Below, one piece after another: positions 9,615 through 20,547 of a stretch of 64,000 bases of DNA. Numbering within the stretch: position 1 is the stretch's first letter; every line of letters starts with the position of its first letter. The stretch is from the NCBI GenBank assembly GCA_934157235.1, contig CAKPHH010000003.1, positions 39,975-103,974 of the forward strand. The letters are read 5' to 3'. Under the pieces are notes generated by a model that saw only the letters and a list, made by a program, of their open reading frames with translations, was not told the origin of the DNA and searched no databases. Source of the DNA: an uncultured Bacilli bacterium (GTDB lineage: Bacteria; Bacillota_I; Bacilli_A; RF39; UBA660). The translations under genes and the position numbers were made by a program.

Positions 9615-9643
9615 ATGATAACATAGGTATATGTTTAAGTCAA
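9615..9643 (-). promoter_or_regulatory. Sigma-A-type promoter of the arsR-ATPase operon
   Basis: Minus strand reads TTGACT (9643-9638), a 17-nt spacer, then TATCAT (9620-9615). Confidence 0.5.
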
Positions 9644-9644
9644 G

Positions 9645-9666
9645 AAAAAAGCATCCAAATGGATAC
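9645..9666 (-). terminator. Rho-independent terminator of the LPXTG protein gene
   Basis: Minus-strand RNA GUAUCC-AUUU-GGAUGC followed by UUUUUU, starting about 10 nt after the TAA at 9678-9680. Confidence 0.7.
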
Positions 9667-9677
9667 TTTACGTATAG

Positions 9678-11351
<1,674 letters not shown>

Positions 11352-11436
11352 CTTTAGTATTTTTCTATATTAATTATACTATTTTTGAGGATGTTATTCA
11401 ATGGTTTTTATTAGACAATTTTTGTTAATTTTAATG

Positions 11437-12048
11437 TTAAAGTAAAGTTATCATTCTGATTATTTGTAACATGGTTGATAGGATAAATATTTTTGAGGCA
11501 AAGATTATATTAGTTAAGTGTTTATTTATTTCATCGTTATCATCCTTTACTAAGGCAATAGCTTTAGTATTTAAATCAAATAAGATATTTTGATATACTA
11601 AAATTGTAACAAAGAAGATAATACCTATTTTAGCATCCATACTTGTTTTTATTACTAAGGCTATGATAAGAGAAATTATAGGAGTAAAACTTAAATAATA
11701 AAAGTATGGGATTACTTTACTTAGATATTCTAGAGAATCTTCTTTTAATTTAGAATAGCCTGATAATAAATAAGCAATACTTAGAGAAAAATAGGATTTA
11801 GAGGAATAAGTTTTTTCCTTTAACTTGATTATTTTTCTTTTTAATTGATATTTACTTAGAATATTATCTTTACTTTCTACAAGGCGAAGACCATTATCTT
11901 TTTTAGTTAATCTTATTACAGCTTCAGCAGCTGTTTCACTACCTTTTTTACTAGTTAGAGATGTTATAAGTACTAAGAAGTAACATAGAATTGTTAAGGC
12001 AATACTTATGATTAATAAAATATCTGACATATTATTTTCTCCTTTCAA
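11437..12048 (-). CDS. Multi-pass membrane protein, possibly YugP-like (Zn-peptidase family) but without HExxH
   Basis: Topology is one TM, then a soluble segment (ETAAEAVIRLTKKDNGLRLVESKDNILSKYQLKRKIIKLKEKTY), then more TMs, resembling YugP. The expected HExGH position reads SIAYLLSGYS. The family call is low confidence. Confidence 0.35.
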   Translation of the reverse strand: MKGENNMSDILLIISIALTILCYFLVLITSLTSKKGSETAAEAVIRLTKKDNGLRLVESKDNILSKYQLKRKIIKLKEKTYSSKSYFSLSIAYLLSGYSKLKEDSLEYLSKVIPYFYYLSFTPIISLIIALVIKTSMDAKIGIIFFVTILVYQNILFDLNTKAIALVKDDNDEINKHLTNIIFASKIFILSTMLQIIRMITLL

Positions 12049-14539
12049 TAATTAATAGAAATATAAAACTAGTTAGACCTAGAATACTTAATAATAAACC
12101 TTCTTTTTGGTATGGTGACTTATAAGTTATTTTTATATTATGACTACCCTCTTGTAGTTTAAAACCTAAGAATGATTTGTTTACTATTTCTTTTTCGACT
12201 ACTTGGTCATCAACAAAGACTTTGAAACCTTCATCATAAGGAATACTAGTTACAAAATAACCAGATGATTTCATATCGATGGTTCCTTCGATGTTATCTC
12301 CTAGACTTTTTTCTTTATTAACAATAAAAGTACTTTGTTTATCGATTACCTTAGAAATATATTTATAATTTAATTTATAAGTTTCAATATTACCTATTTT
12401 ATAAGTACCTTTATTAAATTTAATAACTAAACTATTTAAATCATTATTACTAGATATAACATAATGAAAGACATTATTGTTGTTTTTATAAGTCCAAGTC
12501 TTACAAGTCTTTACATTACTTATATTATTGATAGTTATACGAAGATCGCCTTCTTTACAACTTTGTTCATTTAATAGTTGGACATTTAAAATTAAAATAT
12601 CATCTTTTAGAGGAGACTTTAAATCTAAGATTAATTTACCATTCTTCTTACTCTTTATTAGAATATAATCCTTTTCATGTTTTATAGTTAGATTTTCTTG
12701 TTTAGCAATGGTTGTTTCTAAATCTATTTTTCTAGTTATCTTAGACTTTTTATAATTAGTCTTATCTTTAGTTACTACTCCAGATAAGAGTTTTTCAATA
12801 TTTTCAGGATATGATAGTTTATCAAATTCCTCTTCACTAGTTATTTTATTAGTACCATAAAATAAAGGTAAGACATTATCATTTTTATAAAAGTCTTTAG
12901 CAATTTTTTCATAACCTATTGGAACTTGATCCTTAGAATAGATATATTTAATACCCATAAATGTTTGAAATAAAATATCATTATTTTGAGCTAGCATTAA
13001 ATTATTTCTATAAGATAAAGCATTTTTAAAAGTATCCTTATAAAACTCTTTATATAAAGGATTAGATACTGATGAATAAACAGAATTTTGATTATAACCT
13101 ATTTCATAAATTCTATTTATATTTTGAAGAGTATTATTTAAATTGTTGAAACGAACAAGGTCTTTTTCTTCAGATAAGATTTTACTTATACTTTTTGTTA
13201 AATCAATATTTTGATCAGTTATTGGCATATAAATATCATTATAATTAGAAATATTAAAGGTTATAACTGGAGATAGTAAAAGAATAAAAACATAGAGTTT
13301 TTCTTTTACTTTAGAAGTATTATATAGATAAGTTAGGATATTAAATACTAATAAATCTAAATAGATACTTGGATTATTATATTTAGTTATAAGGGATAAT
13401 AAGGCAATTAAACTAGAAGCAATTAAAAGATTCTTAGAAGAGACTTTTTTAGATAATAAAGCAGTTATAAATTGATATAGTAAAATGCATACTAGAGGTA
13501 TAAATGGGATAAAGACTTTATTTCTAAAATAGAGATTTCCATTTAGAAGATAAACAACGATAGGAATATTTGTTAAGACGATTAGAGTTATACTTAGAAA
13601 TAAATTATTTTTCTTCTTGGAAAGTAAGCCAAATACGATTGATAGGACACTTATAATAGTTAAGCCCATTGAATAATTATCATAAAGATAGGCATCAACA
13701 TTAAACTTAGGGATTAATCTAGTTAGCAATAACAGATTGGAAGTGGTTGGTATTTTAGTACGTCCTGTTTTTAAAGTATAATATGTTGGTAAAAGAAGAA
13801 TAGCAGCTGATACAATAGCAATTATAATAGGAATTAAAAATAAAGAGCCTTTCTTAAGAAAGTCTTTTAGATTAAATTCTTCATTTAGTTCTAAATAATG
13901 ATAAACGGCATAAATACAAATTACTAAAATACTAGGTATTGAGTAATAATAACTAGTCATGATAATCATGAATATAGAAAATGCTGCTACGGACATCTTG
14001 CCTTTTTCTAAATACTTATCGACACCTATTAGAGCTAAAAAGAGAAATGGGAGATAGTTTACAAACATAAAATGTTTATGTAAATGATATAAGATGGGAG
14101 CAGAAAATATAATGAATAAACTAGTTAGAAAGGCTACTCTTTTAGTCGTTTTTGTTTTGAAAAAATAGTACGCTAAAAGACTTGTACTTATAAATATAAG
14201 ACAGTTTAAGCCTATTATATAATCTTTCATACTTATGAAAGGTAAAAGATAAGATATTAAAAGTAAAGGGCTTAAAAAGCCATAGTAAGAGAAATTATAA
14301 ATATTTTGTCCAGCACCAATAGATAAGGCAAAACTTGGAAATAAGTTTAGAGTTTTATAGAAGAGTTTTCTAAAGTAATCTGGAAATATTATATGTTGAG
14401 TTGACCAATCAATACTACTTCCAAAAATAGAGTTATCTGGTATTACTAGAAGTATTAAAAGAATGGATAAAACTGTTAAAATTAGGTAGTTTGAATCAAA
14501 CCCTTTTTTTCTTTTTTTATTCACTTTTGGTCTTAACAC
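12032..14539 (-). CDS. YfhO-family (GT-C-like) membrane glycosyltransferase
   Basis: 835 aa with about 13 N-terminal TM segments, a large C-terminal extracytoplasmic domain and a final TM. Size, topology and sequence feel match B. subtilis YfhO-type teichoic-acid glycosylation proteins. Confidence 0.6.
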   Translation of the reverse strand: MLRPKVNKKRKKGFDSNYLILTVLSILLILLVIPDNSIFGSSIDWSTQHIIFPDYFRKLFYKTLNLFPSFALSIGAGQNIYNFSYYGFLSPLLLISYLLPFISMKDYIIGLNCLIFISTSLLAYYFFKTKTTKRVAFLTSLFIIFSAPILYHLHKHFMFVNYLPFLFLALIGVDKYLEKGKMSVAAFSIFMIIMTSYYYSIPSILVICIYAVYHYLELNEEFNLKDFLKKGSLFLIPIIIAIVSAAILLLPTYYTLKTGRTKIPTTSNLLLLTRLIPKFNVDAYLYDNYSMGLTIISVLSIVFGLLSKKKNNLFLSITLIVLTNIPIVVYLLNGNLYFRNKVFIPFIPLVCILLYQFITALLSKKVSSKNLLIASSLIALLSLITKYNNPSIYLDLLVFNILTYLYNTSKVKEKLYVFILLLSPVITFNISNYNDIYMPITDQNIDLTKSISKILSEEKDLVRFNNLNNTLQNINRIYEIGYNQNSVYSSVSNPLYKEFYKDTFKNALSYRNNLMLAQNNDILFQTFMGIKYIYSKDQVPIGYEKIAKDFYKNDNVLPLFYGTNKITSEEEFDKLSYPENIEKLLSGVVTKDKTNYKKSKITRKIDLETTIAKQENLTIKHEKDYILIKSKKNGKLILDLKSPLKDDILILNVQLLNEQSCKEGDLRITINNISNVKTCKTWTYKNNNNVFHYVISSNNDLNSLVIKFNKGTYKIGNIETYKLNYKYISKVIDKQSTFIVNKEKSLGDNIEGTIDMKSSGYFVTSIPYDEGFKVFVDDQVVEKEIVNKSFLGFKLQEGSHNIKITYKSPYQKEGLLLSILGLTSFIFLLIIERRK

Positions 14540-14771
14540 TTTCTAAAGCTTTAGAGAATTGATCAGCACAAGATGTATCTCTGAAGCCACATTTTATTCC
14601 AGATAGTTTCTTTATGACATCTTCTACTTTTTCACCTTCAACAAGTTTACTAACAGCTTTTAAATTACCGTTACACCCTCCAGTAAAGCTTACATTATAG
14701 ATACGATCATTTTCAATATCAAAATCTATATTAGTAGAACATGTACCTTTAGTTTTATAACTATACTTCAT
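14517..14771 (-). CDS. TSCPD-domain small protein (TIGR03905-like, 4-Cys)
   Basis: YKTKGTCSTNIDFDIENDRIYNVSFTGGCNGNLKAVSKLVEG...KCGFRDTSCADQ matches the conserved 4-Cys pattern of this family. Confidence 0.75.
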   Translation of the reverse strand: MKYSYKTKGTCSTNIDFDIENDRIYNVSFTGGCNGNLKAVSKLVEGEKVEDVIKKLSGIKCGFRDTSCADQFSKALESVKTKSE

Positions 14772-14772
14772 A

Positions 14773-15462
14773 TTATCTCTCCTTGGTTTTAGTGTATTTA
14801 TTTATAATTTCATCAACAATATCATCGACATCGTCAACTATTTTATCTCTATCAAATATAGTAAAAATTAACAAGAATAGCATGACTAAAATCATTAATA
14901 ATACTATAAATAAAGGTATAGAAAAGTTATCTTTACGAGACATGGTTGTATCTAAGTAGCTATTTGTTAAATAAGTTTCAAAGTTTTCATCGGTTATAAC
15001 TATTTCATTTTCGGCTGGCATAAAATTAGGTAAATTCTTGATTGCTAGAGCTTTTAATTCTTTATTTATGATGACTGGGTAACCATATACTTTTATTTTT
15101 TCTGGTACTTTAGTTGTTCTTTCATAAGTGTAGTCAATTATATCTTTATATTTTTGATAGTCACTAGCGTTTATAGCAATTAAATAAGTATGCCATTGAC
15201 CGGTATCTTCTTCTTCAATTACAAAGTGAATTGATTTTTTATTAGTTGAATAATAAGCAAACTTTTCAGACATTTTAGATATTTCAATATAAGAATATTC
15301 ATCCATGTCACTTATTTCTTCCCAGGGCTTAATAGTTTCTTTTTCTTGGAAGATTCTATAAGCACAAACGGAAAGAACAGTCATCGCTATTAAATATACT
15401 AAGCATAAAAATAATTTTATAAATATACGTTTCTGACTATTTTTCTTTTTCTTTTTTTTCAT
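14773..15462 (-). CDS. Hypothetical 2-TM membrane protein
   Basis: Long ORF in an operon-like array with a Lys-rich N-terminus, one N-terminal TM and one C-terminal TM. No family recognised. Confidence 0.4.
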   Translation of the reverse strand: MKKKKKKNSQKRIFIKLFLCLVYLIAMTVLSVCAYRIFQEKETIKPWEEISDMDEYSYIEISKMSEKFAYYSTNKKSIHFVIEEEDTGQWHTYLIAINASDYQKYKDIIDYTYERTTKVPEKIKVYGYPVIINKELKALAIKNLPNFMPAENEIVITDENFETYLTNSYLDTTMSRKDNFSIPLFIVLLMILVMLFLLIFTIFDRDKIVDDVDDIVDEIINKYTKTKER

Positions 15463-15483
15463 ATGTGTACTCCTACTGCTAGA

Positions 15484-16287
15484 TTAGTCTTCGGCTTTTT
15501 TAGGACTTAAGATAAACTTTTCTGCTAATTTGTATTGATCTCTATTTTTTATATATAAGTAGCCAATAATTGAGAAAACTACAGCTCCAACAAAATTTAC
15601 AAATAAATCTTTTATGGTATCTATTAAGCCAATATCTAAATAACCATTTTCAATGACAGTTTGTTTGGTATTATTGTCACTATAAATAATTGTTTTATTG
15701 ATGTTATCTACAACTATAGGGATGTTTTCACCAGTTGGGTTTAGAGTAACTGATGATACTTTGGTAACAATACGATCTTTTTGCATGTCTTTAGTTAAGA
15801 TTTTATCAATAGAAAACTCAGCAAATTCCCATAAGATACCAATGGTCATGGAAAAACAAATAGAAACTAAAGCGACAAAAGAAGCTGACATATCTAAATG
15901 GACATATTTGTTTCTATTTAAAATATCAATTAGAGAAAAGCCAATAGCGGCACAAATAAAACCATTTATAGTGTGAAGCATACTGTCCCATTCTTTTATA
16001 AGACCATAAAAATTTGATATTTCGCCTAGTATTTCGGCAGCGAAGATAAACATATAGACAATTATTTCTAGAGTTGATGGTAGTTCTATTTTGAACTTTT
16101 CAGATATTAAGGTTGGTAAAGTGAAAAGAAGTAGTGTTAAGACACATAGTAAAACATTTTCCCAATTACCTTTCATACCTTGAGCAACCATACAGACAAT
16201 TACTAAAAATCTTAAAATCAAATAAACTCTAATTGTCTTTTTAGATTTGGTATTTTTAATTTTCTTTTTTAACTTCTTAAACTTCAT
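15484..16287 (-). CDS. Hypothetical multi-pass membrane protein
   Basis: About 6 hydrophobic helices. A possible YjdF/DUF2238-like resemblance cannot be confirmed. Confidence 0.4.
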   Translation of the reverse strand: MKFKKLKKKIKNTKSKKTIRVYLILRFLVIVCMVAQGMKGNWENVLLCVLTLLLFTLPTLISEKFKIELPSTLEIIVYMFIFAAEILGEISNFYGLIKEWDSMLHTINGFICAAIGFSLIDILNRNKYVHLDMSASFVALVSICFSMTIGILWEFAEFSIDKILTKDMQKDRIVTKVSSVTLNPTGENIPIVVDNINKTIIYSDNNTKQTVIENGYLDIGLIDTIKDLFVNFVGAVVFSIIGYLYIKNRDQYKLAEKFILSPKKAED

Positions 16288-16296
16288 ATTATTTTC

Positions 16297-17223
16297 CTAC
16301 TCTTCCTCAAATAATCTTTTTATATTCATCTTGGGTAGTAACATTTTCATTTTATTGGTAACACTAAACTTAAAGGAAAGTTTTGGTGTTTTATACTCTT
16401 CTCCATCAATACACCATGATACTTTTGGAGGATCAATAAATTCCATTTCAAAATTATCTGTTTGATAATATGTTACATTGGAAATGTTCTTTAAACTATA
16501 TTTACTTAGTTCAAAGAAAGCTTTTAACATATCTTTTTTAGTTTTTAAAGGAATTAAAGCAACTTCAAACATACCATCATTTAATTTGATATCATCACAG
16601 TAAATATCGTTCATACCAGCAACACGAGAGGTATTGGTAATAAAGATATAAGCAAAATTTCCGATATATTCTTTACCATCTACTTTATACTTTATGTCAT
16701 AAGTATTTATCTTATTGCGAAGTTGTTTTAAACCATACATGATATAAGCTATTTTTCCATACTTCTTTTTTAGTTCACGTGGAGTATTATAAGACATATC
16801 AATGTAGTCTCCTAGACAACAAACGTATAAGAATGGCTCTTCATCCATATAACAAACATCAACTTTTTTTATGGTTCCGGATAAAATTAATTCTAGATTT
16901 TTTTCATAATTATTACTTAGGCCATATAAGTGCCCAACATCATTTGTCGTTCCCATAGGAAGATTCGCAAGAGTTAATGGTTTAGTTCTAGACATATTAC
17001 CAGTAACTACTTCATTTAGAGTTCCATCTCCGCCAGCACTTATGACTAAATCTATATCGTTTGGAAGATTTTTAACTACTTCAACGGCATCTTTTTGATG
17101 TTTAGTATATTTTATTTCAGCATCATAGCCATATTTTCTTAAAATATCATAAATTTTTTTTTTACTGCCTATTTTTTTTACTTTGCCTGATTCAGGATTC
17201 ATAATTATTATGCATTTTTTCAT
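16297..17223 (-). CDS. Diacylglycerol/lipid kinase (DagK/YegS family)
   Basis: MKKCIIIMNPESGK...VISAGGDGTLNEVV...LANLPMGTTND are DAGK catalytic-domain motifs. Start set at Met8 (ATG 17223), which has AGGGAG upstream. The track ORF extends to 17244. Confidence 0.85.
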   Translation of the reverse strand: MKKCIIIMNPESGKVKKIGSKKKIYDILRKYGYDAEIKYTKHQKDAVEVVKNLPNDIDLVISAGGDGTLNEVVTGNMSRTKPLTLANLPMGTTNDVGHLYGLSNNYEKNLELILSGTIKKVDVCYMDEEPFLYVCCLGDYIDMSYNTPRELKKKYGKIAYIMYGLKQLRNKINTYDIKYKVDGKEYIGNFAYIFITNTSRVAGMNDIYCDDIKLNDGMFEVALIPLKTKKDMLKAFFELSKYSLKNISNVTYYQTDNFEMEFIDPPKVSWCIDGEEYKTPKLSFKFSVTNKMKMLLPKMNIKRLFEEE

Positions 17224-17345
17224 AAATACGGTGTCTCCCTTCATTAGTTATATTATACCATTTTTTATAATTTTTACTAGTAGGTAAAATAATCCTTTCA
17301 TTTATGGAAAAACATGATATACTTTATTATAGAGGGTGGTTCATT

Positions 17346-18398
17346 ATGATAAATAAAAATAATAGTCAAAGAGACTATAACATGGATTTACTTAGGATAC
17401 TTGCTGCTCTTATGGTAGTATTTATCCATGTTTCAGCTCATAATTTTATTGATACACCAACTAAAAGTATTGAATGGCTTAGCTATGATATGTATGATAG
17501 CATAGTTAGAAGTGCTGTTCCAATATTTTTAATGATTTCAGGAGTATTTTTTTTAAACGATAAAATTCAAAGTAATTTGAAAAAACTATATACTAAGAAT
17601 ATTTTTAGATTAGTTTTAGTATTTGTGATTTGGTCTTTTATATATGCTCTATTTTGTGTGTATACTAAGAGAATTGATACTGGTAGCTTTTTAAGCTCTT
17701 TGATAACTGGACATTTTCATTTATGGTTTATGCCAGTTATAATAGGTATTTATATTATTTCACCCTTTATATATAGATTTATAAAGAATAGTGATGAGAA
17801 AATTTTTAAGTACTTTTTAATTATATTTATTAGTTCTTCTTTATTAAAAACTATTTCATACTTACAATTCTTACCTTATTATGAATATATTACATTATTT
17901 TTAAAGTTATTACCTATAGATATTATTTGTAATTATTATAGTTTTTTTATATTAGGTTATTTCTTATATAATTATAAAGTTTCAAAAAAATTTACTAAAA
18001 GTATTTATATTCTTTCTGTAGTTAGTGTGTTTCTCTGTTTTATAGGGTGTTACATATTATCTAGATATTTAGGTTATAATAATTCTGATTTAATGAAAGA
18101 TTTTTCAATATTTACTGTTATTGAAGCGATGGGAATATTCTTATTTTTTAAGAATCATAACTTTGCTGGTAAGAGTGTATTTAGTAAGAGAGTTACTGAT
18201 ATATCTAATTGTACATTGGGTATTTATATGATTCATATGTTAATAATGTATATATTATTTGATTGTAATTTAATTCAGATTAGATCTTTTAATACTATTT
18301 TATCGGTACCAATTATTTCTATCTTGATATTTGTAATATCTTTAGTAATTGTTTATTTAATTAAGAAAATAAAATTTATTGGAAAATGGTTATTTTAA
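17346..18398 (+). CDS. Acyltransferase family 3 (membrane O-acyltransferase)
   Basis: DYNMDLLRILAALMVVFIHV start motif and about 10 TM helices. Start set at the internal ATG 17346, preceded by GAGGGTGG. The track ORF starts at 17304. Confidence 0.8.
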   Translation: MINKNNSQRDYNMDLLRILAALMVVFIHVSAHNFIDTPTKSIEWLSYDMYDSIVRSAVPIFLMISGVFFLNDKIQSNLKKLYTKNIFRLVLVFVIWSFIYALFCVYTKRIDTGSFLSSLITGHFHLWFMPVIIGIYIISPFIYRFIKNSDEKIFKYFLIIFISSSLLKTISYLQFLPYYEYITLFLKLLPIDIICNYYSFFILGYFLYNYKVSKKFTKSIYILSVVSVFLCFIGCYILSRYLGYNNSDLMKDFSIFTVIEAMGIFLFFKNHNFAGKSVFSKRVTDISNCTLGIYMIHMLIMYILFDCNLIQIRSFNTILSVPIISILIFVISLVIVYLIKKIKFIGKWLF

Positions 18399-18441
18399 AG
18401 GGACAATTTAAAGTCCTTTTTTAGTTAGAAAAAAAGAAATA

Positions 18442-19566
18442 TTAATTATTAGTTAATATTTCTTTTTCCCATAGGTCATTTATTTTTTCAATACTATAAT
18501 TTGATACTTTTTCTAAAGACTTTTTACTATATTTAGTAAGTTCTTTTTTATTATTTAAAAGTTCTATGATCTTATTAGCCATTTCTTCTTTATTACGATC
18601 TTTTATGAGGATTCCGGTATCATTTCCTAGAAGTTCTCTAGCACCTGATGCACTATCAAAAGAAAGACAAGGTAAGCCATAGTGCATGGCTTCTAATAGG
18701 ACTAAGCCAAAACATTCACTAATACTTGGCATAACATAAAGACTAGAATTTACATAAGCATTTTCTAAATCTTTTCCTTTAACAAAACCTAATAGTTTTA
18801 CTTTTTTTTCAAGCTTTAGATCTTTTATTTTCTCCTCTACTTTACTTCTTAAATAACCATCTCCACAGATAGTTAAAGTAATATCCTTATCTTTTTCAGA
18901 AATTATTTTCATGACTTCTATTAAGTCTTCAAAGCCTTTTTCAGGAGATAATCTACCTACAGAAACAATATTTTTATTGTTTAACTTAGAAGTAATTTTA
19001 CTATCAATTACAACGGGATTAGGAATCAATACACATTTAGGATTAACCATATCCTTATAATAATCATATAACTCTTTAGTACATAATATAAAGTAATCAA
19101 AATTAGTAATAGATTTTACTAAATCATTAATGTACTTTTTATCATTATTATGATGATTATGTTCTGTTGCTATTTTGATTATATCTTTTTTAGCATACTT
19201 GTTTACGATTTTATTATGAAAAGTTCGTGTGGTGATGAGGTAATCAGTATCAAGATTTTGAACGGCTTGTTTATTTAACTTATAAGATAATTTCTTTATT
19301 TTAAGACGTCTTGATGCTTCTTTTATTATTTTTAAGAATTCTTTTTTCTTTAATAATTCTTTTATACTTAGATCTTTTAAGTCATCTTCGATAAGATATC
19401 TTATTTTTATTTTATTAGAAAATTCAAAGGCTGGTTTAGGTTGAAATTTATAGGTACAGATAATTTCTACATCATATTTATTTTCAAACATCTTACATAA
19501 ATAGGAAATGTATTTTTCAATACCACCATAATCCAAATGAAGGGCAAGGATAGTTATTTTTTGCAT
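18442..19566 (-). CDS. GT4-family glycosyltransferase
   Basis: GT-B C-terminal region VGRLSPEKGF...YVMPSISECFGLVLLEAMHYGLPCLS (E-x7-E type). Confidence 0.85.
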   Translation of the reverse strand: MQKITILALHLDYGGIEKYISYLCKMFENKYDVEIICTYKFQPKPAFEFSNKIKIRYLIEDDLKDLSIKELLKKKEFLKIIKEASRRLKIKKLSYKLNKQAVQNLDTDYLITTRTFHNKIVNKYAKKDIIKIATEHNHHNNDKKYINDLVKSITNFDYFILCTKELYDYYKDMVNPKCVLIPNPVVIDSKITSKLNNKNIVSVGRLSPEKGFEDLIEVMKIISEKDKDITLTICGDGYLRSKVEEKIKDLKLEKKVKLLGFVKGKDLENAYVNSSLYVMPSISECFGLVLLEAMHYGLPCLSFDSASGARELLGNDTGILIKDRNKEEMANKIIELLNNKKELTKYSKKSLEKVSNYSIEKINDLWEKEILTNN

Positions 19567-20543
19567 CTTTTAAATACCTTTCTATTTATTAATTCTATAT
19601 TTTCTTTAAAACTTCTTTTGAAAGTTCTTTTAAGAATACCCTGTATCTTATCGATTTTGTGTCTATTCTTTATATTTATAATTTTGCAAGTAGTTTTAAA
19701 GATTTTATTTGGGTATTTTTCATTAAGCAGTTTCTTTAAATGTTTATAAGCTTGATCATAGCCAGCATTATGCGTTGTTTCTAACATATATAGATAAAAA
19801 TTATATTCACTTCCATATAATTTTTCTTTTTCTTTTTTAGGAAGTGTATCTACTAATTCTATCCATAGTTCATTTCCTTCACGTTTAGTGTTAGGACTTA
19901 AATAAGTTGTTTGATTACGATGTTGACGAGATTTTGCTAGGACTTTAGGAATATGTTTTAACTTGTAACCTTTATTTAACATTTTATACCATAAATCATA
20001 ATCCTGAGTACATCTTAGACTTTCATCAAAATCTCCACAATTATCAAAAGCATCTTTAGGGATAAGAAGAGTTATACCATTTAAATTACCTTCAAAAAGT
20101 GGAAAGTAACTACTATTTTCAACTTTTTCATGTTCAAAAGTAATATTATTCATAAAAACGCCGTGTTCATCAATTGTACAAAAGTCACTGATAGCAATAG
20201 TTTTAGTAGTATTTTTTAAAGCCTTTACTTCTTCTTCTACTTTAGTTGGAAAATATTCATCATCGTGACTTAACCAGGAAAAGTAGTCACCTGTCATCTT
20301 TTTAATAGCAAGATTTAGGGCTGTTGATACTCCGCCATTTTCTTTTTCATAATATTTAATTTTATTACCATATTCTTTAGCGATCTTTTTTGTTTTACCA
20401 TCATCTTTACTTCCATCATTGACAACTATTACTTCAATGTTTTTATAAGTTTGATTTAAGGCACTATCAATGGCATATCTCATGTAATCAGCACCATTAT
20501 ATACAGGAATTACTATACTTACTTTTGGATCATTTTTACTCAT
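19554..20543 (-). CDS. GT2-family glycosyltransferase
   Basis: VSIVIPVYNGADYMRYAIDSALNQTYKNIEVIVVNDGS...WLSHDDEY has DxD-type GT-A motifs. Confidence 0.85.
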   Translation of the reverse strand: MSKNDPKVSIVIPVYNGADYMRYAIDSALNQTYKNIEVIVVNDGSKDDGKTKKIAKEYGNKIKYYEKENGGVSTALNLAIKKMTGDYFSWLSHDDEYFPTKVEEEVKALKNTTKTIAISDFCTIDEHGVFMNNITFEHEKVENSSYFPLFEGNLNGITLLIPKDAFDNCGDFDESLRCTQDYDLWYKMLNKGYKLKHIPKVLAKSRQHRNQTTYLSPNTKREGNELWIELVDTLPKKEKEKLYGSEYNFYLYMLETTHNAGYDQAYKHLKKLLNEKYPNKIFKTTCKIINIKNRHKIDKIQGILKRTFKRSFKENIELINRKVFKRCKK

Positions 20544-20547
20544 ACTT

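Noticed and set aside
15451-15462. An A8 run at the 5' end of the 229-aa membrane-protein gene (MKKKKKK), and similar poly-A/T tracts elsewhere (e.g. around 14500-14520), considered as phase-variation switches.
   Set aside because: Homopolymeric A/T runs of 7-9 nt encoding Lys are frequent throughout this AT-rich window and carry no specific signal. This is unlike the perfect 11-unit tetranucleotide tract at 11261-11306.
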